From an uncultured Gammaproteobacteria bacterium (GTDB lineage Bacteria; Patescibacteriota; Microgenomatia; 2-02-FULL-39-11): a stretch of DNA of 64,000 nt. The stretch spans positions 84,898 through 148,897 of the forward strand of contig CAZFNL010000137.1 of the NCBI GenBank assembly GCA_964520615.1, written 5' to 3'. Under the pieces are notes generated by a model, which was not told the origin of the DNA, ran no database searches, and was given only the letters and a program-made list of their open reading frames with translations. The translations under genes and the position numbers were made by a program. Positions 1 through 8,691 of this stretch are shown piece by piece (position 1 is the first letter of the stretch; the number at the start of each line of letters is the position of its first letter).

Positions 1-1898
1 AGATAAATGCGGCACCACAACTCAAACACAAATAATATCCAGACGCGCAAATGCTCACTCCAAAGCATCTTGCCCGGTTTTGACTCATAAAATTTATTGA
101 CCACTCCAGATATATATTTTTCGTTGAATATTCCTCTTTTTTTAAGGGACTCTGCGCTTAAAACTGATTTTATATAAGGTTTCAATTTTCCTTTCATGTA
201 AATCACTCTCGGGATGGCAAAACCTGTTTTTTTGTGATTTATCACTTCCTTTGGCAACCAGTCTGCCACAGCTTTCTTGAGGATATATTTTGAAATTCCA
301 TCTCTAAACTTACGGGAAGGGTGAATTCTTGCTGAAAATTCAACAAGTCTGGGATCAAGAAAGGGCACTCTTGCCTCAAGAGAATTTGCCATACTCATCA
401 TATTCATACCCAAAAGCAAATCATCTCTGGTATAGCTTTTAAGGTCAATATAGTTTAATTGATCTACTGGATGCCAGCTTTTTATTTTCTGATACAACCC
501 GTCAAAATAATTTTGTGTGCTATAGTTTCCGTAATGCTTTGCTAAATAATCCTGACTGTAAATGTTTTTTTTCTCCTCCTCCTGATAAGCAAAATAAAGA
601 TAAAGGCTGCGCCGGACAAGAGTCGGCAGATTAAAAAAATCCTGTGATACTGATAAGACTTTCTTCCAGTCTGACCGGAAAGCAATCCTTTTCATCAGTA
701 AAAAAAGGAGTGATCTCGCGGCCGGAGGAATATGGTTGTATATGTCTCCTATAGATTTGGTATTGTAAAGCTCACTGTGGTATCCGGCAAAAAGCTCATC
801 CCCGCCAAGTCCTGACAAAGCTACTTTTACATCCTTTGCCGCCAGACGGGAAATAAAATATGTTTCGAGTGATCCTCCCGTGGGCTGGTCGAAATAATAG
901 ATTATTTGAGGAAGACTCTCTACCAAATCATTCTGTGATACGGTAAACTCCGTATGTATTGTCCCGTAACGTTTTGCTACCATTCCGGCATATTTTCTCT
1001 CATCATAGGCGCTACCCCCTTCAGACCAAAGCGAGTAAGTCCGTACGGGATGTCCTGACGACATTGAAAGAAGCGCAACAACTGTCGAAGAATCCACACC
1101 ACCAGAGAGATACGCACCTACCGGCACATCTGATACCTTGGCATAAGCTACCGCAGATACCAATTTTCTTTTCAGTTCTTCTATTTCCTCTTCTTTCGGA
1201 ATGGTTTTATTCTGCCATAAACCAACCGGGAGTTCCCAGTACTTCTCAATTCCGACTCCTCTTTTATCCACTGTCATGACTCTACCGGGCAAAAGACTAT
1301 TTACCCCTTCTATTATTGTCATAGGACTGGGGATGGAAAATATAGAAAGGTAGTGATGTAAAGATTCCGAACTTATCTCCCTCTTAACCAAACCTGACGC
1401 CAATATAGATTTTAATTCTGAGGCAAAAATAAAAGTTTTACCTACTTTAGTCCAATAGAGAGGGTTTACACCCAATTGATCGCGAACCAATATAAACTTA
1501 GACTGCCGTTTATCCCAGATACAAAATGCAAATTGTCCATTTAGTTTTTTAACAAACATGAGACCATACTCCCTGTAGCCGTTCAATATTACCTCCGTAT
1601 CAGTATGAGAAATGAATTCGTATCCCTTACCGACTAAATCTTTTTTCAATTCTTCAAAATTGAATATTTCACCGTTAAAGGTTATCCAGAATTCCCCATC
1701 TTTTGATGCCATTGGCTGACTACCAGCTATCGTTGGATCAATAATTGCCAGCCTGCGGTTTGCCAATCCGATATTTTCCTCCAAATGCTCACCGTGGCCA
1801 TCAGGACCCCTATGAACCAGAACGGAATCCATTCTGTGAAGGATTTTTTTATCAACTTTATGTCCATCAAAATTAAAAACTCCTGCTATGCCGCACAT
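1..1898 (-). CDS. asnB: Asparagine synthase (glutamine-hydrolysing), AsnB/WbpS-like amidotransferase. The 3' end runs off the window.
   Basis: The reverse-complement translation from 1898 begins MCGIAGVFNFDGHKVDKKILHRMDSVLVHRGPDGHGEH..NIGLANRRLAIIDP, a class-II glutamine amidotransferase N-terminus. An SGGVDSS PP-loop motif lies near 1090 in the same frame. The frame stays open to position 1. This ORF is absent from the supplied ORF track because it crosses the window edge. Confidence 0.8.
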   Translation of the reverse strand, partial: MCGIAGVFNFDGHKVDKKILHRMDSVLVHRGPDGHGEHLEENIGLANRRLAIIDPTIAGSQPMASKDGEFWITFNGEIFNFEELKKDLVGKGYEFISHTDTEVILNGYREYGLMFVKKLNGQFAFCIWDKRQSKFILVRDQLGVNPLYWTKVGKTFIFASELKSILASGLVKREISSESLHHYLSIFSIPSPMTIIEGVNSLLPGRVMTVDKRGVGIEKYWELPVGLWQNKTIPKEEEIEELKRKLVSAVAYAKVSDVPVGAYLSGGVDSSTVVALLSMSSGHPVRTYSLWSEGGSAYDERKYAGMVAKRYGTIHTEFTVSQNDLVESLPQIIYYFDQPTGGSLETYFISRLAAKDVKVALSGLGGDELFAGYHSELYNTKSIGDIYNHIPPAARSLLFLLMKRIAFRSDWKKVLSVSQDFFNLPTLVRRSLYLYFAYQEEEKKNIYSQDYLAKHYGNYSTQNYFDGLYQKIKSWHPVDQLNYIDLKSYTRDDLLLGMNMMSMANSLEARVPFLDPRLVEFSARIHPSRKFRDGISKYILKKAVADWLPKEVINHKKTGFAIPRVIYMKGKLKPYIKSVLSAESLKKRGIFNEKYISGVVNKFYESKPGKMLWSEHLRVWILFVFELWCRIY

Positions 1899-1904
1899 AA
1901 ACGA

Positions 1905-3092
1905 TTAAATTATCTCTTTATAAACATCTTCCGTTCTCTCAACAATTTTATCTATAGAATACTCATTTTTAACCATTCTATTGGCATTTCTCCCGAAATA
2001 ACTGCGGAAATTTTCCCGTTTCAAGATCTCTTCCAAACCCTGTGCTATCTTTTTCGCATTATTATCAACTATTTTGCCCGCGTCGTATTCTATGATTCTG
2101 TCAAAACCTGATTTATCAGATAACAGAAGAGGTAGATTGCAAGCGGCCGCCTCTAACGCGGAAATAGGCATACCCTCAGCGTAGGAAGTCAAAGCAAATA
2201 CATGAGCAGCTGATAAAGCCGCCAGCTTAGCCCTTCCCGTAAGATTACCGGCAAAAATTACCGCTTTTTCCAAACCATTACTCCTTGTTGTCATCTTTAA
2301 GTCGTCCAGATATTCTTTTTTTTCTGCAGGCCCTGCAATCACTAGTTTAATATTGTCTTTTTTATAATGTATATATAATAGTGATTTTATCAGAAGCTCA
2401 ATTCCTTTTTTGGGATGTATCCGTCCAAGAAAAAGAATGACACAATCGTTTTCTTTTAATCCCCATTGACTACGAAATTCAACTTTTTTGGGAAGTTTTA
2501 GGAATAGATTAGCGTCAATACCGTTAGGAATTACTATCACATTTTTCTTATTAATCCCCAATTTCAAATATGATTTTTTCTCTTCCTCTGTCAGGGCGAT
2601 AATTTTTGCCGCTCCCAAAAGGAGTTTTTTGCCGCCAAATTGGTAAAATAACTTTTTCCTTCCTAGATTACCTTCTTTTTCCGACATCTTGGCCGTACCG
2701 TGTCCCGACAATATATAAGGGATGCCCTTTTTTTTTGCCCAAAAAGCCGCCCACAAATGCATTGGGGTATATATTTCATGCATATGGATTATGTCAAAAT
2801 CTGAGATAGTTCTTATAAGTTTAAGGAAAAAAGCTGGCGGGGAAAAAATATGTTTTTTGAAGGCAAGATTTCCGGAAATATTTTTGAAGTAATAAACGCC
2901 AAATCCTTCAATCCTTATTTTTTTATTTGTCTGTGCTTTAATACTATCTGTATCGCTGCCTAAATCAGTAGTAAATACTATCACTTCATGACCATGTTTT
3001 ACCAATTCTCGGCTTAGATTATATACTGCCGTTGCGCTTCCTCCAACTGAAAGAGCTGGAAAAAAGTATGGGACTAATTGAAGAATTTTCAT
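1905..3092 (-). CDS. Glycosyltransferase family 4 (GT-B, Glycos_transf_1).
   Basis: 395 aa. The N-terminus MKILQLVPYFFPALSVGGSATAVYNLSRELVKHGHEV is a GT4 N-domain, and the C-terminal half EGMPISALEAAACNLPLLLS is a retaining GT-B motif. Confidence 0.85.
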   Translation of the reverse strand: MKILQLVPYFFPALSVGGSATAVYNLSRELVKHGHEVIVFTTDLGSDTDSIKAQTNKKIRIEGFGVYYFKNISGNLAFKKHIFSPPAFFLKLIRTISDFDIIHMHEIYTPMHLWAAFWAKKKGIPYILSGHGTAKMSEKEGNLGRKKLFYQFGGKKLLLGAAKIIALTEEEKKSYLKLGINKKNVIVIPNGIDANLFLKLPKKVEFRSQWGLKENDCVILFLGRIHPKKGIELLIKSLLYIHYKKDNIKLVIAGPAEKKEYLDDLKMTTRSNGLEKAVIFAGNLTGRAKLAALSAAHVFALTSYAEGMPISALEAAACNLPLLLSDKSGFDRIIEYDAGKIVDNNAKKIAQGLEEILKRENFRSYFGRNANRMVKNEYSIDKIVERTEDVYKEII

Positions 3093-4798
3093 TTAGTAAT
3101 CAGATAATCTTCCAGTATCATTGCGTCCAGTCCTGAATTTTCAAAAGTGGAAAGAGCAACGTCAGGAGTACCCACTATTGGAAACCCATGCAGGTTAAAT
3201 GAAGTATTAAGGAGTCCCGCAACACCAGTCAGTTTTTTAAATTCGGTCAATATGCCTCTGTAACCGGGATTCCAGTTATCTACCGTCTGCGGTCTACATG
3301 TTCTGTCATATGGATGAAGCCCGGCAACAATCTCGTCTGCTCTTTCTTTTGTGTCGAAAGCCTCAATCATATATCTGGCAGGTTTTTGGTAATCTTTCAA
3401 ATATTTATCTGAATCCTCCTCCAGAATGGAGGCGGCAAAAGGCATCCAAAAATCCCTTTGCTTTATGGCAAAGTTTAATTTTGAAATCACCCGCAAATCT
3501 CTTGGATCAGCCAGAATACTGCGATTACCCAATGCTCTAGGCCCCCACTCGTCCCGGCCGGCAAACCTGGCGACAATTTTACCACTGTTTAACAGTTTAG
3601 CGGTTTCTTTTGCCATCCCCTTCTCCAATTTCACGGCTTTCTTTTTCCATTTTGATTTTTTTAGTAAACTGTCGACTTCTTCAGAGGAATATTTTTGTCC
3701 GAGATACAAATCTCCAAGCGGCTCAACCTCAGCCTTTATTTTCATCTCCTGACACAATCTGACATAACCTTCAATGGCAACCCCGGCTGGAGTCCCGCCG
3801 TCATCAGCTGCCGGATAGAAAAAAGCTTTTTTCACTTCTGGCATTTCCCTTATTACTTTGTTTGCCTTCACATTGAGAAATGAACCTCCGCTTGCGGCCA
3901 CGTTATGCACTCCGGTATGAGCTATTGCATTTTTTACCCATTGTGAAACCAGATCTTCAAAATATTTCTGTGTTGCAAAGGCAATATTGTCAAATCTGCG
4001 CCCGGCAAGAATAGAAGCAAGATTTCTAGTGACATCATATAGATAAGCACCGAAAATATTCTGGAACTCCAGGGGTCTTCCCGGATTTATCCTGATGATT
4101 TTTTTGAATTCATCCATCAGTCCGTCATCCCTGCCGTATGGCGCGAGTCCCATCACCTTGTACTCATGTTCCCAGCGTTTCATCCCGAGGTACCCGGTTA
4201 TCTCACTGTAAATATTGTTGGACAGGCTGTCATAAAATGTCGTTTCGGCAACTCTTTTGATTTTATTATTTTTACCTACTGAAACCGTAGCGGATAACCC
4301 GTCCCCCGACCCGTCCAGTGTAAGAATTAATGTTTCATCCTGAAAACCTGAACCGTAATAAGCGCAGGCGGCGTGGCTCAGATGATGGTCAATAAAAATG
4401 ATTTTTTTCTCCCCAATCCCAAGACTTTCAAATAGATCCTTCAGTCGACCTGTTTGCCTGAACTTATGAAGAAGTTTTACATATGCTTTTGCAAAAAGAT
4501 GTGAATGAAGGTATGGTGCCAGTTCGACCTGAAGCCTTCCCAGCCAGTTGATGTCAGCATATGGTGGACCCACACGGACAAAACAGCCTATGGCGATAAG
4601 GTCGGTTTGCTCAGGCGGTATCCCCGCAATTTCAAAAACTTTGGCAATGGCAAATACCGGCACGCCGGAATAATTCTTTATGTTATTCAGCCTCTCCTCG
4701 GATATGGCTGAAAGTATTTTCCCGTCACGAAGGAGTGCCGCCCCCGCATTGTGCCCGTCATGAATACCCAAAACAGTAAGATGATTTTTCTTATCCAT
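3089..4798 (-). CDS. Carbamoyltransferase, NodU/CmcH (HypF-like) family.
   Basis: 569 aa. The N-terminus LTVLGIHDGHNAGAALLRDGKILSAISEERLNNIK is typical of NodU/CmcH O-carbamoyltransferases, and the length fits the family. It overlaps the downstream GT4 by 4 nt. Confidence 0.85.
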   Translation of the reverse strand: MDKKNHLTVLGIHDGHNAGAALLRDGKILSAISEERLNNIKNYSGVPVFAIAKVFEIAGIPPEQTDLIAIGCFVRVGPPYADINWLGRLQVELAPYLHSHLFAKAYVKLLHKFRQTGRLKDLFESLGIGEKKIIFIDHHLSHAACAYYGSGFQDETLILTLDGSGDGLSATVSVGKNNKIKRVAETTFYDSLSNNIYSEITGYLGMKRWEHEYKVMGLAPYGRDDGLMDEFKKIIRINPGRPLEFQNIFGAYLYDVTRNLASILAGRRFDNIAFATQKYFEDLVSQWVKNAIAHTGVHNVAASGGSFLNVKANKVIREMPEVKKAFFYPAADDGGTPAGVAIEGYVRLCQEMKIKAEVEPLGDLYLGQKYSSEEVDSLLKKSKWKKKAVKLEKGMAKETAKLLNSGKIVARFAGRDEWGPRALGNRSILADPRDLRVISKLNFAIKQRDFWMPFAASILEEDSDKYLKDYQKPARYMIEAFDTKERADEIVAGLHPYDRTCRPQTVDNWNPGYRGILTEFKKLTGVAGLLNTSFNLHGFPIVGTPDVALSTFENSGLDAMILEDYLITK

Positions 4799-4876
4799 AA
4801 CTCTCTAATCTAAAAACTCTACAATTATACAATAGAACCTCTCTTCCTGCCCAAAAACATTCCAATTTCTTATTTT

Positions 4877-4938
4877 TAATTCCTAATTCCTAATTCATTA
4901 TTCATAATTCCTAATTCATAATTCCTTATTCTTAATTC
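4877..4938. repeat. Heptanucleotide tandem repeat (TAATTCC/TAATTCA/TTATTCA), about 9 copies, in the divergent intergenic region.
   Basis: Direct reading: taattcc taattcc taattca ttattca taattcc taattca taattcc ttattc ttaattc. It lies between the divergently transcribed carbamoyltransferase operon and rfbF. Confidence 0.85.
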
Positions 4939-4952
4939 AGCAGACAAATAAC

Positions 4953-4981
4953 TTACAACTAAATACTCTTTCTGCTATAAT
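4953..4981 (+). promoter_or_regulatory. Sigma70-like promoter candidate: TTACAA, 17-nt spacer, TATAAT, ending 9 nt before the rfbF ATG (near-leaderless).
   Basis: TTACAA at 4953-4958, a 17-nt spacer, and TATAAT at 4976-4981. The ATG is at 4991. I saw no Shine-Dalgarno sequence. Confidence 0.4.
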
Positions 4982-4990
4982 CCAGGCTAT

Positions 4991-5770
4991 ATGAAGACAA
5001 TCATACTCTGCGGAGGAACAGGTACCAGGCTTAAAGAAGAAACGGAATACAAGCCAAAACCGATGATAAACGTCGGCGGCAAGCCCATCATTTGGCATAT
5101 CATGAAAATATACGCCCACTGGGGCTTCAATGAGTTTATTCTGGCGCTGGGCTATAAGGCCAACTATATCAAGGACTTTTTCCTCAACCAGAAAGCTTTT
5201 ACCACAGACTTTACACTAGAAACAAAAACACACAAAACTTCCTACCACTGGGAGCATAGAAAAGAAGTGGATGATTTCAAAATCACATTTGTCGATACCG
5301 GCATGGATACTCTTCCGGGAGAAAGGATTCTTCTCTGTGAGAGCTACATCCCCAAAAGCGATAAGGATTTTATGGTGACATACGGCGACGGCGTGACGGA
5401 TCTTGATATCGTAAAACTTGTGAAGTTCCACAAGAAACAAAACACAATAGGAACCATAACCGGAATCCATCCCAAATTTAAGTTTGGAGTGGTAAAAGTA
5501 GGAAACAACAATAAGATACAGGAGTTTAAGGAAAAACCATACATGTCTGATTGGGCAAACGGAGGATATATGGTTTTCAAGAGGGATTATTTCAAATACC
5601 AGAAGCCGAAAGAATTGGAACACGCCGCTCTTGCCCGCCTAGCCAAAATTTCACAGCTCTCCATTTACAAACACACAGGTTTCTGGTTTGCTGTCGACAC
5701 TAACAAAGAATATGACCAACTGAACGGCATCTGGGAAAGCGGCAATCCGCCGTGGAAAGTATGGAAGTGA
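4991..5770 (+). CDS. rfbF: Glucose-1-phosphate cytidylyltransferase.
   Basis: 259 aa. MKTIILCGGTGTRLKEETEYKPKPMINVGGKPIIWHIMKIYAHWGFNEFILALGYKANYIKDFF is the canonical RfbF/DdhA N-terminus, and the length is typical. Confidence 0.9.
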   Translation: MKTIILCGGTGTRLKEETEYKPKPMINVGGKPIIWHIMKIYAHWGFNEFILALGYKANYIKDFFLNQKAFTTDFTLETKTHKTSYHWEHRKEVDDFKITFVDTGMDTLPGERILLCESYIPKSDKDFMVTYGDGVTDLDIVKLVKFHKKQNTIGTITGIHPKFKFGVVKVGNNNKIQEFKEKPYMSDWANGGYMVFKRDYFKYQKPKELEHAALARLAKISQLSIYKHTGFWFAVDTNKEYDQLNGIWESGNPPWKVWK

Positions 5771-5774
5771 AATT

Positions 5775-5812
5775 TGGTTATGGGTTGTCGGTTGTGAGTT
5801 GTGAGTGTATTT
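5775..5812. repeat. Heptanucleotide tandem repeat (GGTTGTG-type), 4-5 copies, in the intergenic region after rfbF.
   Basis: ggttatg ggttgtc ggttgtg agttgtg agtgtat, followed by a T6 run. Confidence 0.6.
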
Positions 5813-5860
5813 TTTAGTTCCAACTTTTCTAATTTCTGAAATCTAGAATCTATTTTAATT

Positions 5861-6898
5861 ATGCCGAATAAATACAGAAACATTCTCGTCACCGGTGCCA
5901 CAGGCTTTGTCGGCTCCCACCTGACAGAAGAACTAGTAAAAACAGGAGCAAAGGTTACTGCCACCACTCACCATCCTGTAGCGCGCAATTCCTATTTTGC
6001 CTCAAAGCATCTCGGACGAAAAACAAAAGTGGTACAAATAGAACTGGCTGACTATAAATCAGTTGGAAAGCTGATTTCAGAAACAAAATCTGACTGTATT
6101 TATCACCTGGCCGCCCAACCTGTAGTCGATACAGCTTTCCGGGATCCTAAAGCAACACTATATTCAAATATAGTCGGTACGATAAACCTTCTTGAAGCGG
6201 CAAGAAGATACGGCAAAACCCGAGCAATTGTCATCGCTTCATCGGACAAAGCGTACGGGAAAATGGAACCGGGAATGATGAATAATGAATTAAGAATAAT
6301 GAATACAAAAAAAAATAACTACCAACGACCAACTGCCAACCACCAACTAAAATATATTGAATCCGATCCTCTTCGCGGCGATCATCCCTATGAAGTCTCA
6401 AAATCCTCAGCAGACCTTATCTCCTATTCTTATTTTAAGACTTACGGCCTTCCGGTAACCATTACCCGCTTCGGCAATATTTACGGGGAAGGCGACACGC
6501 ATTTCTCCCGGATCATTCCGGGTATCATGGAGGCAATTGTGAAAAAGAAAACATTTCCTATAAGAAGCAACGGCAAATATATCCGTGACTATCTTTATGT
6601 CAAAGATGTCGTCAGGGGATATATGCTTTTGGCCCAAAATATAGGAAAAACAAAAGGAGAAGCGTACAATTTCGGCTCGGATGAATCGTTGAGTGTAGTA
6701 GATCTGATCAGCCTTCTGGAAAAAGTATTGAAAATAAAGATAAAATATAAGATTCTGGATATAGCCAAAAACGAAATCCCCTACCAGTCGCTGGACTGGA
6801 CCAGAATCAGAAAAACCCTCGGCTGGAAACCCCAATATTCTTTTGCGGATACTGCAAAAAATATTTACCTGTGGTACGCAGGATATTTTCGATCTTAA
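5861..6898 (+). CDS. rfbG: CDP-glucose 4,6-dehydratase-like enzyme (extended SDR) carrying an in-frame insertion of about 26 aa.
   Basis: 345 aa. It has the Rossmann motif VTGATGFVGSHL, then HLAAQPVV, SDKAYGK, the catalytic PYEVSK, and GYMLLAQ. It is adjacent to rfbF. The insertion reads MEPGMMNNELRIMNTKKNNYQRPTANHQLK between the SDK and YxxxK motifs, where RfbG normally has about 15 aa. Confidence 0.7.
   Translation: MPNKYRNILVTGATGFVGSHLTEELVKTGAKVTATTHHPVARNSYFASKHLGRKTKVVQIELADYKSVGKLISETKSDCIYHLAAQPVVDTAFRDPKATLYSNIVGTINLLEAARRYGKTRAIVIASSDKAYGKMEPGMMNNELRIMNTKKNNYQRPTANHQLKYIESDPLRGDHPYEVSKSSADLISYSYFKTYGLPVTITRFGNIYGEGDTHFSRIIPGIMEAIVKKKTFPIRSNGKYIRDYLYVKDVVRGYMLLAQNIGKTKGEAYNFGSDESLSVVDLISLLEKVLKIKIKYKILDIAKNEIPYQSLDWTRIRKTLGWKPQYSFADTAKNIYLWYAGYFRS
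6278..6345. repeat. Intragenic heptamer arrays (ATGAATA x4, then an A9 tract, then ACCAACN x4). These are reverse-orientation relatives of the two intergenic heptamer repeats.
   Basis: atgaata atgaatt aagaata atgaata c aaaaaaaaa taact accaacg accaact gccaacc accaact. The reverse complement resembles the repeat at 4877-4938 and the repeat at 5775-5812. Confidence 0.55.
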
Positions 6899-6901
6899 AA
6901 C

Positions 6902-7846
6902 TCAATTCTTTCTCCTGTGATCATTTATTATCCTCTCGATTATATATGTAGGCCGTTGCTTCACTTCTTCAAAGATTATCTGTATATATTTCCCCAAAAT
7001 ACTGATAGCCAACATCTGCGCTCCGCCGAAAAAGACAATAGAAAGAAGAATGGGGATTTGCGCCCTGATGGGATTACCAATCAGCAATACAGTAAATAAA
7101 TACAATAAAAGAAAAATAAAAGAAAGTAATGTCAGAAAAAATCCTAAAGTTGTCATAACATCCAAAGGTATGAATGTAAATCCAAGAAGTCCCCTTTGAG
7201 AATCTCTAATGTAATCGAAAAATGTATTCTTGCTTCTACCATACTTTCTTGCGGCTCTTTCGTATTCTACTTTGGCTACACGAAAACCTACCCATGCTCT
7301 CAAGCCTCTAAAAAAACGGTTCCTTTCCGGTAAATCATTTATTACATCCAATACTTTCCTATCCAATAGACAAAAACTTCCAGCCTCAAGAGGCATATCG
7401 ATATTTGAAAGTCTTTTAAAAACTAAGTAAAAGGATTTTCTGATTATTGTCATAACCGGAGTATCGTTGATTTTTTTCCTGACTCCGATTACGACCTGAG
7501 CTCCTTTTTCCCACTCATTCACAAACCTTAAAATTATATCGGGAGGATCCTGAAGGTCGCAATCAACTATTGTTAGCGCGTCCCCGATAGCATGCTTCAT
7601 CGCCGCTTGTGAGGAATATTCGGAAGTGAAATTGCGTGACATAAAAAGCGCGGTTGCTTTTTTGTCATTCCGGCAAATTTTTTTTATCACTTCTCTTGAC
7701 TTGTCCAAACTGGCATTATCCGCAAACACTATCTCATAATCATATTTGCCCAATTTCTTCATCGTTTTTACTATTTCTCCATATGCATAGGAAATATTAT
7801 CCTCCTCATTGTAAGTAGGGACTATGATGGATATAGTTTTTTTCAT
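6902..7846 (-). CDS. GT2 polyprenyl-phosphate sugar synthase (GtrB/ArnC/DPM1-like) with a C-terminal 2-TM anchor.
   Basis: 314 aa. ISIIVPTYNEEDNISYAYGEIV..YEIVFADNASLDKS is a GT-A motif with DxD. The C-terminus FIPLDVMTTLGFFLTLLSFIFLLLYLFTVLLIG..ILLSIVFFGGAQMLAISILGKY forms the two TM helices characteristic of GtrB/ArnC. Confidence 0.8.
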   Translation of the reverse strand: MKKTISIIVPTYNEEDNISYAYGEIVKTMKKLGKYDYEIVFADNASLDKSREVIKKICRNDKKATALFMSRNFTSEYSSQAAMKHAIGDALTIVDCDLQDPPDIILRFVNEWEKGAQVVIGVRKKINDTPVMTIIRKSFYLVFKRLSNIDMPLEAGSFCLLDRKVLDVINDLPERNRFFRGLRAWVGFRVAKVEYERAARKYGRSKNTFFDYIRDSQRGLLGFTFIPLDVMTTLGFFLTLLSFIFLLLYLFTVLLIGNPIRAQIPILLSIVFFGGAQMLAISILGKYIQIIFEEVKQRPTYIIERIINDHRRKN

Positions 7847-8643
7847 TGACGGGGAAACTTAAAACTGATTCTTTTCTGGAGCATTTTTAACCTTTTATCA
7901 TCCTCATGACATATTCTCTCGTAATAATTATTCTTATTCCTCAGCCAAAGCAGTTCAAATTCATTGGCAAGTATTATGCCTTCTTCGATTTTTCCGGAAT
8001 TTCTGGTGGTTTTGAAAACTATTTTCCGGGTTTCGTAATAATCAAGAAGTCCTTTCCGGACTAATTTTTGGATAAAAGGTATGGCTTCTTTGGCAATTCC
8101 GCCGCCCATTGCTGTTTTTAAACGCTTTTTTTTAACCTGCTCAAACATATCTTCGGCAATCTTATACATTCCGGGACTATTTATTTCCTCCCGAGAAATA
8201 CCAAGAGATCCGGACATATCCACCCGACCAAGCGTAATCTTCCCAATAAGTTCTAAATTAGGGGAACGTAATATCTCTTTTAGATTCTGGTAGGCCGTGT
8301 AAGTTTCAATATTTACTCCAAAAATTATCCTCTTCATGAGATCTTCCGGGAAATGATAATTTATTGCCTCAAGAAATTTTTTCATGGCATACGCGCTCTC
8401 TACCATAGGAGCAACAAGTCCCGTTACTCCTATATGCTGCGCTTCAAACATGTCGGTGATCGCTTCAGCACCGCCGATTTTCAATACAATTCCCAATTCG
8501 GCTTTCTCAGCAATATCTTTCAATCTCATTGCCTCATGTATTCTGACCGCCTCTGCTTCAAACTCAGCTTTCACTTCACAAACTCCATAACTCTTTTTCA
8601 TTTTTTTAAGCAATAAAACCATTTCCAGTTCCAAATCCTTCAT
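7843..8643 (-). CDS. HpcH/HpaI aldolase or PEP/pyruvate-utilising TIM-barrel family protein (tentative).
   Basis: 266 aa. Motifs GLVAPMVESAYAMKKF, GVNIETYTAYQNLKEIL and ITLGRVDMSGSLGI resemble HpcH/citrate-lyase-beta signatures. I cannot confirm this without a search. Confidence 0.4.
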   Translation of the reverse strand: MKDLELEMVLLLKKMKKSYGVCEVKAEFEAEAVRIHEAMRLKDIAEKAELGIVLKIGGAEAITDMFEAQHIGVTGLVAPMVESAYAMKKFLEAINYHFPEDLMKRIIFGVNIETYTAYQNLKEILRSPNLELIGKITLGRVDMSGSLGISREEINSPGMYKIAEDMFEQVKKKRLKTAMGGGIAKEAIPFIQKLVRKGLLDYYETRKIVFKTTRNSGKIEEGIILANEFELLWLRNKNNYYERICHEDDKRLKMLQKRISFKFPRQ

Positions 8644-8691
8644 TTTATCCTCCTTTGATAAATCATTCGGTTATTATATCGTGTATGCCTA

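Noticed and set aside
959-2111. Plus-strand ORFs of 106 and 108 aa (959-1279 and 1785-2111).
   Set aside because: They lie entirely inside the minus-strand asnB-like and GT4 genes, have low-complexity composition and no motifs. They are shadow ORFs of an AT-rich sequence.
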